Both the position numbers and the translations under genes were made by a program. This document shows positions 28,501 through 35,385 of a stretch of DNA of 57,344 nt, one piece after another (positions within the stretch are counted from its first letter, which is position 1; every line of letters starts with the position of its first letter). The DNA is taken from positions 1 through 57,344 of IMG/VR virus record IMGVR_UViG_3300018410_000010. One strand, given 5' to 3'. This DNA is from a virus. Lineage: Duplodnaviria; Caudoviricetes. Under the pieces are notes generated by a model. It was given only the letters and a program-made list of their open reading frames with translations, made no database searches and was not told where the DNA came from.

Positions 28501-28695
28501 GCTGCCAGTACCGTCGTTTGTAACTTTAAGGGTAGGAGTACCTGCAGTAGATTGCGAAATATCGGCTGCACCAGTAATTGCTGCATTTCCAGTAACTTGA
28601 AGTCGGCCAGTACCAGCGTCTGTTGTTGAGCCAATTACAACGTTTTCTCCAGTCAAGAGGCCGTTCTTGACTATAAATTTCTTATCATTCGCCAT
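19522..28695 (-). CDS. Very long tail fibre-like protein (~3057 aa) with C-terminal ADLAERY intramolecular-chaperone-like domain
   Basis: ~19 xxFYDxxxTxYYxDPASTS repeats, HNGDTDT repeats, GLDADxxDG motifs, C-terminal WADLAERY...GIISTNP...IALKGRIP. Start ATG 28695 with GGAGAG RBS (ORF track gives GTG 28704). Confidence 0.8.
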   Translation of the reverse strand: MANDKKFIVKNGLLTGENVVIGSTTDAGTGRLQVTGNAAITGAADISQSTAGTPTLKVTNDGTGSAIVSRFEGDSQSLDIINFTPGDYEITNPGQDNGIRFYDNTAGVEIMYNGSVDLQFNSAGIDFKREPSYNGNVFWNAGNDGAGSGLDADLIDGLDSLQFVRSDQDDTMSGNYIITGNLTVQGTTTTVESETVLIADNLLTLNSNFTSGTPTENAGWEVLRGDLATSSLQWDETNDWFKLISAGTDLGRIITTADEGSGNLFDADTVDGLEASQFLRSDTDDTTTGNLTVEGDLTVGDGNGTATIKLDAAGGIESIAALNGEIGFLDSTFNFGIKVKTDNDIEVRNDILAERFIDKDATGYFAHPGDASVFNTLGIDSDLFHNGDTDTKIQFDTNLIRFNADTGTRLTITPASSAFTHLVTAPDLDVFSGASTGEINVGKNANERFNFHVTGNQGYIRYYQDETGSATNHSVNFEIISSGTYPHKFNFNKNINLGTNSIEGAGGIFTGDIYAAKYWDSNDVTHYADFGNTGTSLYFAGQSQGGNGTAALPTYSFKSDPNTGMFRGTTDRLDFSAGGNVELQVTTTYASAPGSFRAPIFYDLDNASYYGDFAGTSVMNTIDIEGSIRHNGDTDTYINFPAADQFQIVTGGSTRLQATNTYVLANNEMRSPKFVDQNNTNYYGDFASTSVMSRIDIDDYIRHRGDENTYFGFEANDTFRVFTNGVRRLNLDNDSADFAQNVFAPRFYTNDYLVHNGDTDTYIGFDNADTFSVYTGGTERLLINNTNAEFYVAIGIDDFITHNGDLDTKFGFDAVDNFGIWTANVKRLEVDSGGQVGIGGAPGVFFDINKPTAVGNNPFSTGNIIMRLGDDGTPDLSIRTDASGNIYLVNDNGGDYIWYDSGASGKFAILNSGDVIANGDSVTRATSDGSPNYLASLAANKFHVNGGVALNGKSDALSIYANDTGNTTINEATFLAVNELGFSAGGGFYMDDVNTVKVRGNKNIYTTGDMYAARFYDSGNDSYYVDPAGTSTMNRIDIDDYIRHNADNNTYFGFSANDTYVVNTNGTNKLSIDTDSADFSVNVYAPRYYDSDSTSYYLDPGADSQLNTVDIDDYIRHRGNTNTYLGFPGNNIIKAFVAGNEVMNLDGNSADFAQNVYAPAYYDSNDTFYYTNPAVFSRMNGITFGNPGNGTNTKGRWLSIEGNTGTDGEGSARIFFAEHNSTTASMDRYGMSLAYMGGSASVTSASGQPVTLNGLSNGTWGLIGHDNSVNGNWAMRGPRSGGHVEARGDFRAPRFYDSNNTSYYGDFASTSIMNVVRANQFQVDGSTYIIDSPSGDYGSIRVQGQKGGWGGYAIYDDWVFMANGSSNMGLYNDTRNEWSLYAQDNNFTRLYANGVHQIGAENGYGYAPNSMRSPIFYDYNDTTYFGNFADRSKLKTLELGNQGNLTGSTTYPLGIWHNSRYLIGMRYSGADANYPWLAHDNKDGISAFILHFNGIGDKFWVKEDGNANLEGEMTAESFNIGTGNEPFPLLKSYGAGTSEQKLFDGNLYWEKRAIKSLQGAEDNATSNTSEYVKSTNAPGSSSYVLRTSGYRTFYSDYIEVEPGEEIYGEMWVRYVSGSGGLFYYGVERFDKDKRPIAGNTGTTYFVAGGSNLTSTSWTKYSGFTTIPTTHTVYSGSDGAACRYVRIRILMNYNSGGALREFTAPILTRSNVQQRIRTDQAIYSPIYYDSNDVNYYLDPASTSKLSTVDASNFRDRDNTARFMNPNSGGNVQGSWNWNNGSIINLNNLTFNDPGVNEGIKWEGGNLWQIYESPDNQTNAGGNLQFTSGSGNGTRRMWLNTSGDLYAERYMRAQRFYDTNDANYYADPASTSVFNKLHVGAGTNTSFSDGGDPDISTRTIFATSKVVTPRIVFLNDGSGDDNYIQHSDTNSAYTVTGRQMGAWFTFHGDKIDPDSTNSAGIVASGLRTRYVEARNEIRTPIVYDNDDTNYYTNPAGTSQMSVISSLSRIEFNSGWDIYDDDADTLSIRSNNSDHGEVIFRDSNSTNCGRIYFDDDNHWGLKSPDNEWQLYMERNARVYIYYNGTWEERTASGYMEARGSYRAPIFYDSNNTTYRIDGNGTSRLLTLQVDNVIQGSVNGYSERMLRRDNRIIEPNEDPSGYLRFGFTSWANNNTSPWADYLHLRSYTDSSGGSDNLLMFKKSGHGMRLWQQSWNSGTAYSNYRNVALYDVNPDGGGNDLYAAIYYDEDNTARYMNPGGTSQINQLRINGGNELRLYTSNGNLRGYIQATDTNDAHLKIATSGGEDIAFYDGGLSGDRNFLIRGDGNTFTTGTHYAQRFTDSNDGNYYGDFASTSVMNTIDNRGEIYNDGWFRNDTGGRGLYNTAYAMHWYATSTERWRAYSTANVVSIDMHTSGNNRRGRFYANNSNQIGILSQDDGWALRCTNSEVRSYHNFYAPIMYDTNDTNYYIDPNSTSRLNLVRANYFTNDGSVSSNDSFGIYWSSDRSTAYAIYREGGGWSNPYPDLRIAFHTGLKFGANASYNGMRFYTDYNMSGQVMSINNASDALGGSNVYVNNNLQAGSSLRAPIFYDSNDTGYYMNPASTNSSRFLGVNNRTMAYMALPGHTRNSGEYYRARPRQTGDTNYWTGAMGWGTQDMNVVGTWGSGFIDSWGNPNNQPSGTSHWVGCQAYHYRNSNTSGYGWQMVGGPIENLRFRSSWSGWRSWRTIPVLGVNNNNNAAMYANIYYDTDNTGYYCDPSSASNFATSVRANEFYARNWFRNDNEDEGLYNQATGCHFYSEQAQYWAVTGNNNSSSISIRMRSNYDGTIRMWLYGSGAWGGFLNRAGSWKLRYRQEDGYSPTWRFEEGGDETWTGNVGNDVGKLEYHSNRFYMEVGGNSNRICQFRVNGSNKSYVANDGVYHGTATSARWADLAERYTADEIYEPGTLMGIDLDGDSEITVWREGLPVAGIISTNPGVKMNDMGIENMKSKKSKLNPFIALKGRIPAFVSGEDGAVKKGMWLIPDPEAVGKCKGVPYGTSGIGSHEILGIALCDSKDGEVEVKV

Positions 28696-28736
28696 TCGGT
28701 TCACTCTCCCCAGTTAGGCATTTGTCGTATTTTGTA

Positions 28737-28744
28737 TATTTATA
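28737..28744 (-). promoter_or_regulatory. T4-type late promoter TATAAATA
   Basis: Exact motif, intergenic, upstream of the long fibre gene. Confidence 0.78.
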
Positions 28745-28746
28745 AA

Positions 28747-30933
28747 CTACGCGTCGATTAAAGTCGCTACTATTTTAAAAGTAGTTGAACTCGAGCTAGC
28801 AGGTGTTGCTTTTAATCTAATTACAGGTCCACTAATATCTAATTCAAACGTTGCTAATTCATTAGAAGTGTAAACTACTCCAAATTCTGTAGCAATAGGA
28901 GTTGACCCGTCGTGTGTAATTAAAAGCTTTGTAATATGTCTATTGCTTCCTTGAGTCATTTGAACAACAACTTCTGCACCAGCAAAATCTCCGTAAGCAA
29001 ATGCATAAATTGCTGTTTCTGAAGTAGTTGTTAATGTTTGAGTTGTGGAAACAAGTCTAGATTCGTTTTGAATGATATTACCTTGAACTGTAAGATCACC
29101 CGTCATAGTATCGCCACTTATATTAACGTAGCGAGTATCTAGTTGGCCCCCATCGAGTTCTGCTTCTGTATAATATCTATTGTCTAGTTGACCTGCATCT
29201 AATTCTGTTTCTGTATAATATCTGTTATCAAGTTGGCCATTATCTAATTCTGTTTCTGTATAATATCTGTTATCGAGCTGCCCCGCGTTAAGCTCACCTT
29301 CAGTGTAGTATCTAGTATCAAGCTGACCACCATCTAATTCTGTTTCAGTATAATATCTATTATCTAATTGGCCACCATCTAATTCTGTTTCAGTATAATA
29401 TCTATTATCTAAATCGGTTGTACTTACCGTTTGTGCATGGCCATAAGTGTCAAATGTTAATCCTTGAATTACTACGCCGTCTAAATTTGCCGAATTAGCA
29501 ACAGAAGATGTATCTGCGTGTTCAAGTGTAATCGTTATGTTATTTGATGTATTAACATTAAAGGTGCCAGATCCTGTTAAGCCTGTTGTGCCTTCAACGG
29601 TAATTTCACCAGCGCCAATTAAACTTTGGGCGTTGTTAGCTGATGCATCTAAAATTTCTTGCGCAGAATATCCGTCAACTGTATCTGCATCTAGACCAGA
29701 ACCGTCACCATCAACTGTCTTAATTGCTGTTAATAGTTCGGCCGCAGTTTGATCAGCGGTAGCGTTTGGTTCAATTCCATCTAGCTTTGCACCATCTACT
29801 GAAAGATCGCGCCCATCAACAGTTCCAGCCGTTGTAATATCGCCGGTAGTAATATTACCAAAGGTATCAATAACAACTGGGAAATCTGTGGTACTTGTTT
29901 CAAGAACCAAAGTGTTGTTTGCTGAATACCAATTAAAGTCATCAACACCAGACACAGAAGCAGTTCCAGCCGCTGTTAAACGACCATCTTCGTCGACTGT
30001 AAATGTTGGGATTTCTGTGGATGAACCATAAGAACCAGCAGTAACCGCTGTATTTGCAAGTTCAGTAGTAATTGAAAGGTTGCCATCCGTGGCGGTAGCA
30101 GTCCCTGTAACTTTACCTGTTAAAGTAACTTCTGTTTCAGTTTGAAATTCAAATACTGATCCATCGCCAGTTTGAAGTGTAATTGTATTATTTGCTGCTG
30201 AATATGAAAAGTCATCTACACCAGCAACAGGTGTTGTATTCGCTGTTGTTAATCTACCTTCAGAATTAACAGTAAAAACTGGAATTGCTGTAGAAGATCC
30301 ATACACTCCTGCGGTTACACCAGTGTCTGTTAAAGCACCGTTTACTATTCCACCGACAGAAATATTACCTGCAAAAGTGGCGGTATTTGCTGTAACATTA
30401 TTCGCTACATCGATATCTACGCCAAAATTGACATTTTCATCAAACTGATTTAATTTAAGAGGATATTCTGTCCCATCACCTGTTGTAAGAAGAACAGTGT
30501 TATTTGCTGCAGTATAGGAAAAATCATCTACACCCGCAACAGCCGCAGTATTTGCAACTGTAATTCTACCATCATGATCAATAGTAAGAATTGGAATAGC
30601 GGTTGATGACCCATAAGTGCCGGCTACAACTCCAGTATTTGCAACAAGAGCATGAGCATAATCTGTATAATAAGAACCTTCTTGACCATCTAATAGGTCA
30701 GCATCTAAACCTGTTCCCGCACCGTCAACGGTAAGTAACTCTGCTAGAATTGCTGCAGCATCTAGGTTAGAGGATATGTCAATAATTGATTCTGTGTTGG
30801 CCGAAATATCGTACTTTTTAAAGTAGATCTTACCATCATTTGTATTGATGGCGAGTTCGCCTAACTCCAACTGTGAAGTTGTTGGTATGCGGCCAGGTAC
30901 CGCACTACGGCGGAGCTTAATAGTTGTTGACAT
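28747..30933 (-). CDS. Tail fibre-like virion protein
   Basis: N-terminal IKLRRS....P....L..GELAINTNDGKIY (Mtd-N-like), three G.YGSST.IP..T...GR.T.A repeats, GLDAD motifs, 15-aa tandem repeat. Confidence 0.75.
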   Translation of the reverse strand: MSTTIKLRRSAVPGRIPTTSQLELGELAINTNDGKIYFKKYDISANTESIIDISSNLDAAAILAELLTVDGAGTGLDADLLDGQEGSYYTDYAHALVANTGVVAGTYGSSTAIPILTIDHDGRITVANTAAVAGVDDFSYTAANNTVLLTTGDGTEYPLKLNQFDENVNFGVDIDVANNVTANTATFAGNISVGGIVNGALTDTGVTAGVYGSSTAIPVFTVNSEGRLTTANTTPVAGVDDFSYSAANNTITLQTGDGSVFEFQTETEVTLTGKVTGTATATDGNLSITTELANTAVTAGSYGSSTEIPTFTVDEDGRLTAAGTASVSGVDDFNWYSANNTLVLETSTTDFPVVIDTFGNITTGDITTAGTVDGRDLSVDGAKLDGIEPNATADQTAAELLTAIKTVDGDGSGLDADTVDGYSAQEILDASANNAQSLIGAGEITVEGTTGLTGSGTFNVNTSNNITITLEHADTSSVANSANLDGVVIQGLTFDTYGHAQTVSTTDLDNRYYTETELDGGQLDNRYYTETELDGGQLDTRYYTEGELNAGQLDNRYYTETELDNGQLDNRYYTETELDAGQLDNRYYTEAELDGGQLDTRYVNISGDTMTGDLTVQGNIIQNESRLVSTTQTLTTTSETAIYAFAYGDFAGAEVVVQMTQGSNRHITKLLITHDGSTPIATEFGVVYTSNELATFELDISGPVIRLKATPASSSSTTFKIVATLIDA
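29128..29412 (-). repeat. Coding tandem repeat, 45-bp unit (LDNRYYTETELDGGQ) x ~6.3
   Basis: Six full units plus LDTRY, visible in both DNA and protein. Confidence 0.92.
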
Positions 30934-30955
30934 ATCTATGTCCCTTTGTTATAAT
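30927..30955 (+). promoter_or_regulatory. Perfect sigma70 consensus promoter, antisense to late genes
   Basis: TTGACA (30927-30932), 17 nt, TG-n-TATAAT (30950-30955), followed by the palindrome ACCTATATAGGT (30956-30967). Confidence 0.55.
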
Positions 30956-30990
30956 ACCTATATAGGTTACAAAATAATAATAGTCGTTCT

Positions 30991-33900
30991 TTAGAAAGAT
31001 CCACCATCTAATTCAGTTACAGCGATTGCCACTTCACCGTTCGAGATAGTTGTATCTACACCATCAGTTCCGGTAATTGTTAATGTATCACCAAGAGCAA
31101 TCGAAGTATTTGCTCCAGCCTCTCCAGAAATATTTATTTGCGGATTGGCCAGTTTTACGTTTGCGATATCTCCATCTTCGATAGAGAATTCAGTTCCTGT
31201 TAATGTTAAAGTATCTCCAGCAGTATATGTACCTGCACCAGAGAATTGATACCAACTTACATCGTCAGTTCCAAGAGTAAATGTTTCGGCATCAGTAACT
31301 TGAGCAACCCATCCTGTACCATTATTTGTAGTACCATCTGTAATAAATTGGAATGCGCCTGGAATTTCAGAAGATTCATTAAAGTATTCGCCTCGAGTAA
31401 GGACCCAAGGAGTTGCACCACTACCAACAGTTGTGACTTCATATGAGCCATTTTCTTCTGGATTGGTTTGATCTTTAACTAATACTTTATCACCAATACT
31501 CCAAGAAGTTACGCCATCTAATTCAAACGCTGCAGTGTTAGCTGAAGCATCTGTAAGAGTTCCCGCAACATTGTTATATGTTGCTCCTAAATCTGCGGTC
31601 GTACCAGCCAATGCAGCTGGAATTACACGAAGACCTTGAGCTACACTATCAACATATGATTTAGTTGCAGCATCTTGTGTTGCTGTAGGATTTAAAAGAT
31701 TTGTAATCTTAGAGTTGTTAACATCTAAATCATTACCAGAGCCATCTAAGCTAATACCACCAGATGCATCTATTGATAATAAACCTGTCGTAGTTTTAAT
31801 TGTACGATCACCAACATCACCACCAATTTCAATATCAGTTGCGGTAATTTTATTTTCAACATGAATTTGTTTTAAATATGAATCAGTGCCGCCTGGATGC
31901 AAGAAATAAGTGTCGGCGTCGTGGTCAACAAATCTTTCTGCTCTTACATCCGCGTTTTGAACGATCCAGTTACCAGTTGCTTTATCTGAATAAGCAGCAT
32001 AGTTGAAAGTATTATCAAGGAAACCAATTTTACCGCCAGATCCGTAAAGAACTGAGAAACTTCCTGGTCCATCTCTAAATCTTAATTGAGAAAATGATGT
32101 GCCAAAACCAAGATCTAGTTTATTGATTTGTGAAGTTCCAGTAGGATCTACAAATAAATTTGTATTATCTGAGTCAACAAATCTTGGAGCAACAATATCT
32201 CCAGAAGATGTACCGCCAGCAGTTGTAATATATCTTGTATCTAATTCAGTATAGTCTAATTCAAATGTTGCGTTAGAATTTGGACCAGCGGTATGAGTAA
32301 TTGTAACACCACTATTAGCGGTTGTCAACGCATTTGAAATAAAGTCTGCTGTTAAAGAAGTGTTGATTTCAGTATTTGAAAGTCTTGTAACTTCTGCTGT
32401 ACCACTTACATCACCGGTTAATGTGACATTAAAGTTATCAGCAATAAGATACATCTTATCATTTGCATCGTCGTTTACTGCTGTAATACCTTCGCTATTT
32501 GCAATACCATCCGTAAACATAAGTCCAATAATATCACGAGATGTTTCAGTAAAGTCTGGAATCGCGTTAGCTTGAAGCTCAACTGCAATCTCTGTAGCAA
32601 AGTCAACACGACCATCTTCAGTAATACGAATACGAGGTGAAAAACCGTCGTTACCGTACATACCAGGCTGAACACCTGTATTATCAATACCTAAAGTAAA
32701 TTCGTTATTTGCTGAATCGATATTTTCGATTTCTAGACCAGTGCCGATTGTAAGTTTTGGACTTGAAAGGAGGTCGATACCGTCTGTATAAGTATTTGCG
32801 CCATCAACAATAGTCAGACCAGATGAAAATTCATTATCCAAATAACGTAAATTAACTGCATCTGTAGGGTTAACAGGATCTGGTAAACCTGTTAAACTAT
32901 TATTAGAAACATTAACCGCACCAGTTGGATTTAAAACTAAATCAGAAGCAGCAGTAATGCCACCAGACGCTGTTAATTCACCGGAAGCAAAGTCAATTTG
33001 GAATGCTGTTAATCCATTACCATACTTGAATGTACCATCAGAATCAATTCTTGATCTGTGTACTCCATCTGTATAGAAATCTAATTGGTTATTATCGTCA
33101 CCTGCTGCAGTTTCAGCAATAATGTATGTATTTCTATCAAGGTCAATTACCGAACCAGCAAGACCTGACCATTGTACGCCATCCCATCCTTCAAAACGGC
33201 TTTCATCACTATTAAAGCGAAGCATTCCTGCTGGGCCAGTTGGTCTAAACGATGTATTCGCAGATGGCAATGCAATGGCGCCTGATCCACCAAACGTAAT
33301 AACATCATCACCGCTACGTATTGTATCTACAAATAGTGTAGCCCAGTTTTTACTTTGAGAACCTAGCGTATAGAAGTTATTTTGATTAGGTATTAAATTG
33401 GATTCAAAATCGGCAGCAACAGTAATAGAATCGGTATCTTGATCACCAACTGTAATATTACCGGCAATTATTACGTCACCATAAAAGTTTGCAGTATTAG
33501 CATCAAACTTTGCAGCGAGTGTTCCACCGGTAAAGAATTTTAATTCATCGTTATCATCGCCTGCATTATCTTCTGCAACGATTTTTGTATCTTGGTCTTG
33601 GTCAATTGTACCACCGAGACCTGACCAAGCATTACCGTCGTATCCTTCGAATTGGCCATCAACATTATTAAAACGAATCATACCCGCAGAAGAGGCTGGT
33701 CTAGCAGCAGTATTACCAGAAGGTAGCGTAATAGCACCTTCACCACCAAATGTTATTTTATCTGCGGTTTGTGGATTAATTGTATCTACAGCAATAGTAG
33801 GAGCTAATTGGAAAGTTGTTCCAACTAGAGTTAAACCAGTACCAGCGTTATAAGTACCTTCGCCTTGGAATTGATACCAATTAATGGAATCTGTATTTAG

Positions 33901-34959
33901 ATTAAAAGTAGAAGCGTCGTCAACTACCGTTACCCAACCAGTTCCGCCGTTGATTGTACCATCTGTTACAAATTCATACGAACCTGGAACTTCTTCACTT
34001 TCGTCAGACCAAGATGTTCTTTGGAATATCCATTCAGTATTAGCACTACCGACTTGAATCAAGTCATAGGAACCATTTTCTAATGGATTAGTTTGATCTT
34101 TAACTACAAGATTTTTGCCTAATGACCAAGTCGTTACGTCATCAATATAAAGAACTGAAGTTGGCGGCAAAGTTAATGTTGAGCCATAAGTTGTATTACC
34201 AACTTCAAAAAAAGCACCTAGATCAGCAGTTGTTGCAGCAAGAGCAGCAGGCCTTACTCGTAAGCCTTTAATTAAATTATCTACGTATCTTTTGTTTGTA
34301 GCATCTGTTTCAATAATTGGATCATCAAAAACTTTAATTGTAGTTTCAACACGATCTAATTCAAATTCTAAATATCTTTTGTTTACTACATCAGTCTGAT
34401 CTGTTGGGTTATCAACATTAACAATTCGTCTTAAACCAAAATCAAATGTACCAAGAGGTTCTGTTGTTGTGAATAGTGTAGTGTTTGCACTAGATGCAAT
34501 TGTATTGCCAGAAATAGTAAAGTTTCCAACTTCAATAGAAGTTAGATTTTCTAATTCACTGACTGTTTCACCAAGCGTAAGTGATGTATTACCAATTGAA
34601 ATATTTTTAGAAGAAATTACATTGTTTGCTACAGAAAAATTATTTGTATCAAATGCAGAAGAAGTGAATTCTATCGCGTGGCCAAATTCATCGAATGAGG
34701 CATTTCTTAAAAATTCTAATGTTGAATTTTGTGTATTTGCAATTTCGCTTGTATTAGCATGAGAAATTACAAGATTGGCCGATTCAATATCTGATTCTGG
34801 CGTAACAACAATACCTACACCCGCATCGAGTGCACGTACGTATTCACCTGTAGTATCGGATCCTAATGCTACTGAATCTGGAACAATTACGGGTCGTTTT
34901 TCACCGGTAGCTACTAGGCGAACGTTCTTAGTTTGGCCTACTTTAACTTTAACAGCCAC
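30991..34959 (-). CDS. Tail fibre / virion structural protein with internal duplications
   Basis: DAxNKxY fibre motifs; duplicated PAALA.TTADLGA...VKDQTNP.ENGSY domain near both ends; tandem LPS.NT..RP...GM.RFN...FEG.DG..WSGL modules; ends in LDGGSF. Confidence 0.75.
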   Translation of the reverse strand: MAVKVKVGQTKNVRLVATGEKRPVIVPDSVALGSDTTGEYVRALDAGVGIVVTPESDIESANLVISHANTSEIANTQNSTLEFLRNASFDEFGHAIEFTSSAFDTNNFSVANNVISSKNISIGNTSLTLGETVSELENLTSIEVGNFTISGNTIASSANTTLFTTTEPLGTFDFGLRRIVNVDNPTDQTDVVNKRYLEFELDRVETTIKVFDDPIIETDATNKRYVDNLIKGLRVRPAALAATTADLGAFFEVGNTTYGSTLTLPPTSVLYIDDVTTWSLGKNLVVKDQTNPLENGSYDLIQVGSANTEWIFQRTSWSDESEEVPGSYEFVTDGTINGGTGWVTVVDDASTFNLNTDSINWYQFQGEGTYNAGTGLTLVGTTFQLAPTIAVDTINPQTADKITFGGEGAITLPSGNTAARPASSAGMIRFNNVDGQFEGYDGNAWSGLGGTIDQDQDTKIVAEDNAGDDNDELKFFTGGTLAAKFDANTANFYGDVIIAGNITVGDQDTDSITVAADFESNLIPNQNNFYTLGSQSKNWATLFVDTIRSGDDVITFGGSGAIALPSANTSFRPTGPAGMLRFNSDESRFEGWDGVQWSGLAGSVIDLDRNTYIIAETAAGDDNNQLDFYTDGVHRSRIDSDGTFKYGNGLTAFQIDFASGELTASGGITAASDLVLNPTGAVNVSNNSLTGLPDPVNPTDAVNLRYLDNEFSSGLTIVDGANTYTDGIDLLSSPKLTIGTGLEIENIDSANNEFTLGIDNTGVQPGMYGNDGFSPRIRITEDGRVDFATEIAVELQANAIPDFTETSRDIIGLMFTDGIANSEGITAVNDDANDKMYLIADNFNVTLTGDVSGTAEVTRLSNTEINTSLTADFISNALTTANSGVTITHTAGPNSNATFELDYTELDTRYITTAGGTSSGDIVAPRFVDSDNTNLFVDPTGTSQINKLDLGFGTSFSQLRFRDGPGSFSVLYGSGGKIGFLDNTFNYAAYSDKATGNWIVQNADVRAERFVDHDADTYFLHPGGTDSYLKQIHVENKITATDIEIGGDVGDRTIKTTTGLLSIDASGGISLDGSGNDLDVNNSKITNLLNPTATQDAATKSYVDSVAQGLRVIPAALAGTTADLGATYNNVAGTLTDASANTAAFELDGVTSWSIGDKVLVKDQTNPEENGSYEVTTVGSGATPWVLTRGEYFNESSEIPGAFQFITDGTTNNGTGWVAQVTDAETFTLGTDDVSWYQFSGAGTYTAGDTLTLTGTEFSIEDGDIANVKLANPQINISGEAGANTSIALGDTLTITGTDGVDTTISNGEVAIAVTELDGGSF

Positions 34960-34961
34960 TG

Positions 34962-35288
34962 TTATACCTCCGTAATAGTTGAGATAACGAACGCTAGCCC
35001 ATCAACGATCTTAGATATTTCTCCCGTAGGCTTTTTCATTAACACATCATAAGAATATTTTCCCGGCTTAAGCTGAGAAGTAATGTCATTATCCATTACG
35101 AGTGTAATATCATTATTAGCTTTTTCAATTTCAAATTCGGCTGCAGGTTTTGATGAATACAACTTTTTAACTTCACTATAGAAAGTGTAGTTATCAATAG
35201 GCAAGTCTAAATCGTTCTCATCAAACAATTCGACCGTAAGCCTAAAATCTGTACCTTTATCAATGTAGATATTTAGTTGAGAACTCAT
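34962..35288 (-). CDS. Conserved small virion protein of T4-like phages
   Basis: NIYIDKGTDF...T..LKPGKYSYDVL.......KIVDG.A pattern; late promoter upstream. Confidence 0.65.
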   Translation of the reverse strand: MSSQLNIYIDKGTDFRLTVELFDENDLDLPIDNYTFYSEVKKLYSSKPAAEFEIEKANNDITLVMDNDITSQLKPGKYSYDVLMKKPTGEISKIVDGLAFVISTITEV

Positions 35289-35308
35289 GTTAAATCTCTT
35301 TTTACCTT

Positions 35309-35316
35309 TATTTATA
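35309..35316 (-). promoter_or_regulatory. T4-type late promoter TATAAATA
   Basis: Exact motif 20 nt upstream of the 35288 start, just after a terminator. Confidence 0.78.
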
Positions 35317-35330
35317 ACAGCGGGCTTATT

Positions 35331-35353
35331 GAAAAGGGGGCAGAACGCCCCCT
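35331..35353 (-). terminator. Intrinsic terminator
   Basis: Minus strand AGGGGGC-GTTCT-GCCCCCT-TTTC, ~30 nt after the stop at 35386. Confidence 0.82.
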
Positions 35354-35385
35354 CTCATAACTTGCAATAGAAATGTAAAAGAGCT

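Noticed and set aside
29128-29412. Regularly spaced repeats resembling a CRISPR array
   Set aside because: Units are contiguous 45-bp in-frame coding repeats with no unique spacers, and no cas genes are present.
28747-30933. Diversity-generating retroelement suggested by the Mtd-like N-terminus
   Set aside because: No reverse transcriptase and no TR/VR pair differing at adenines seen; this N-terminal module is common in ordinary fibre proteins.
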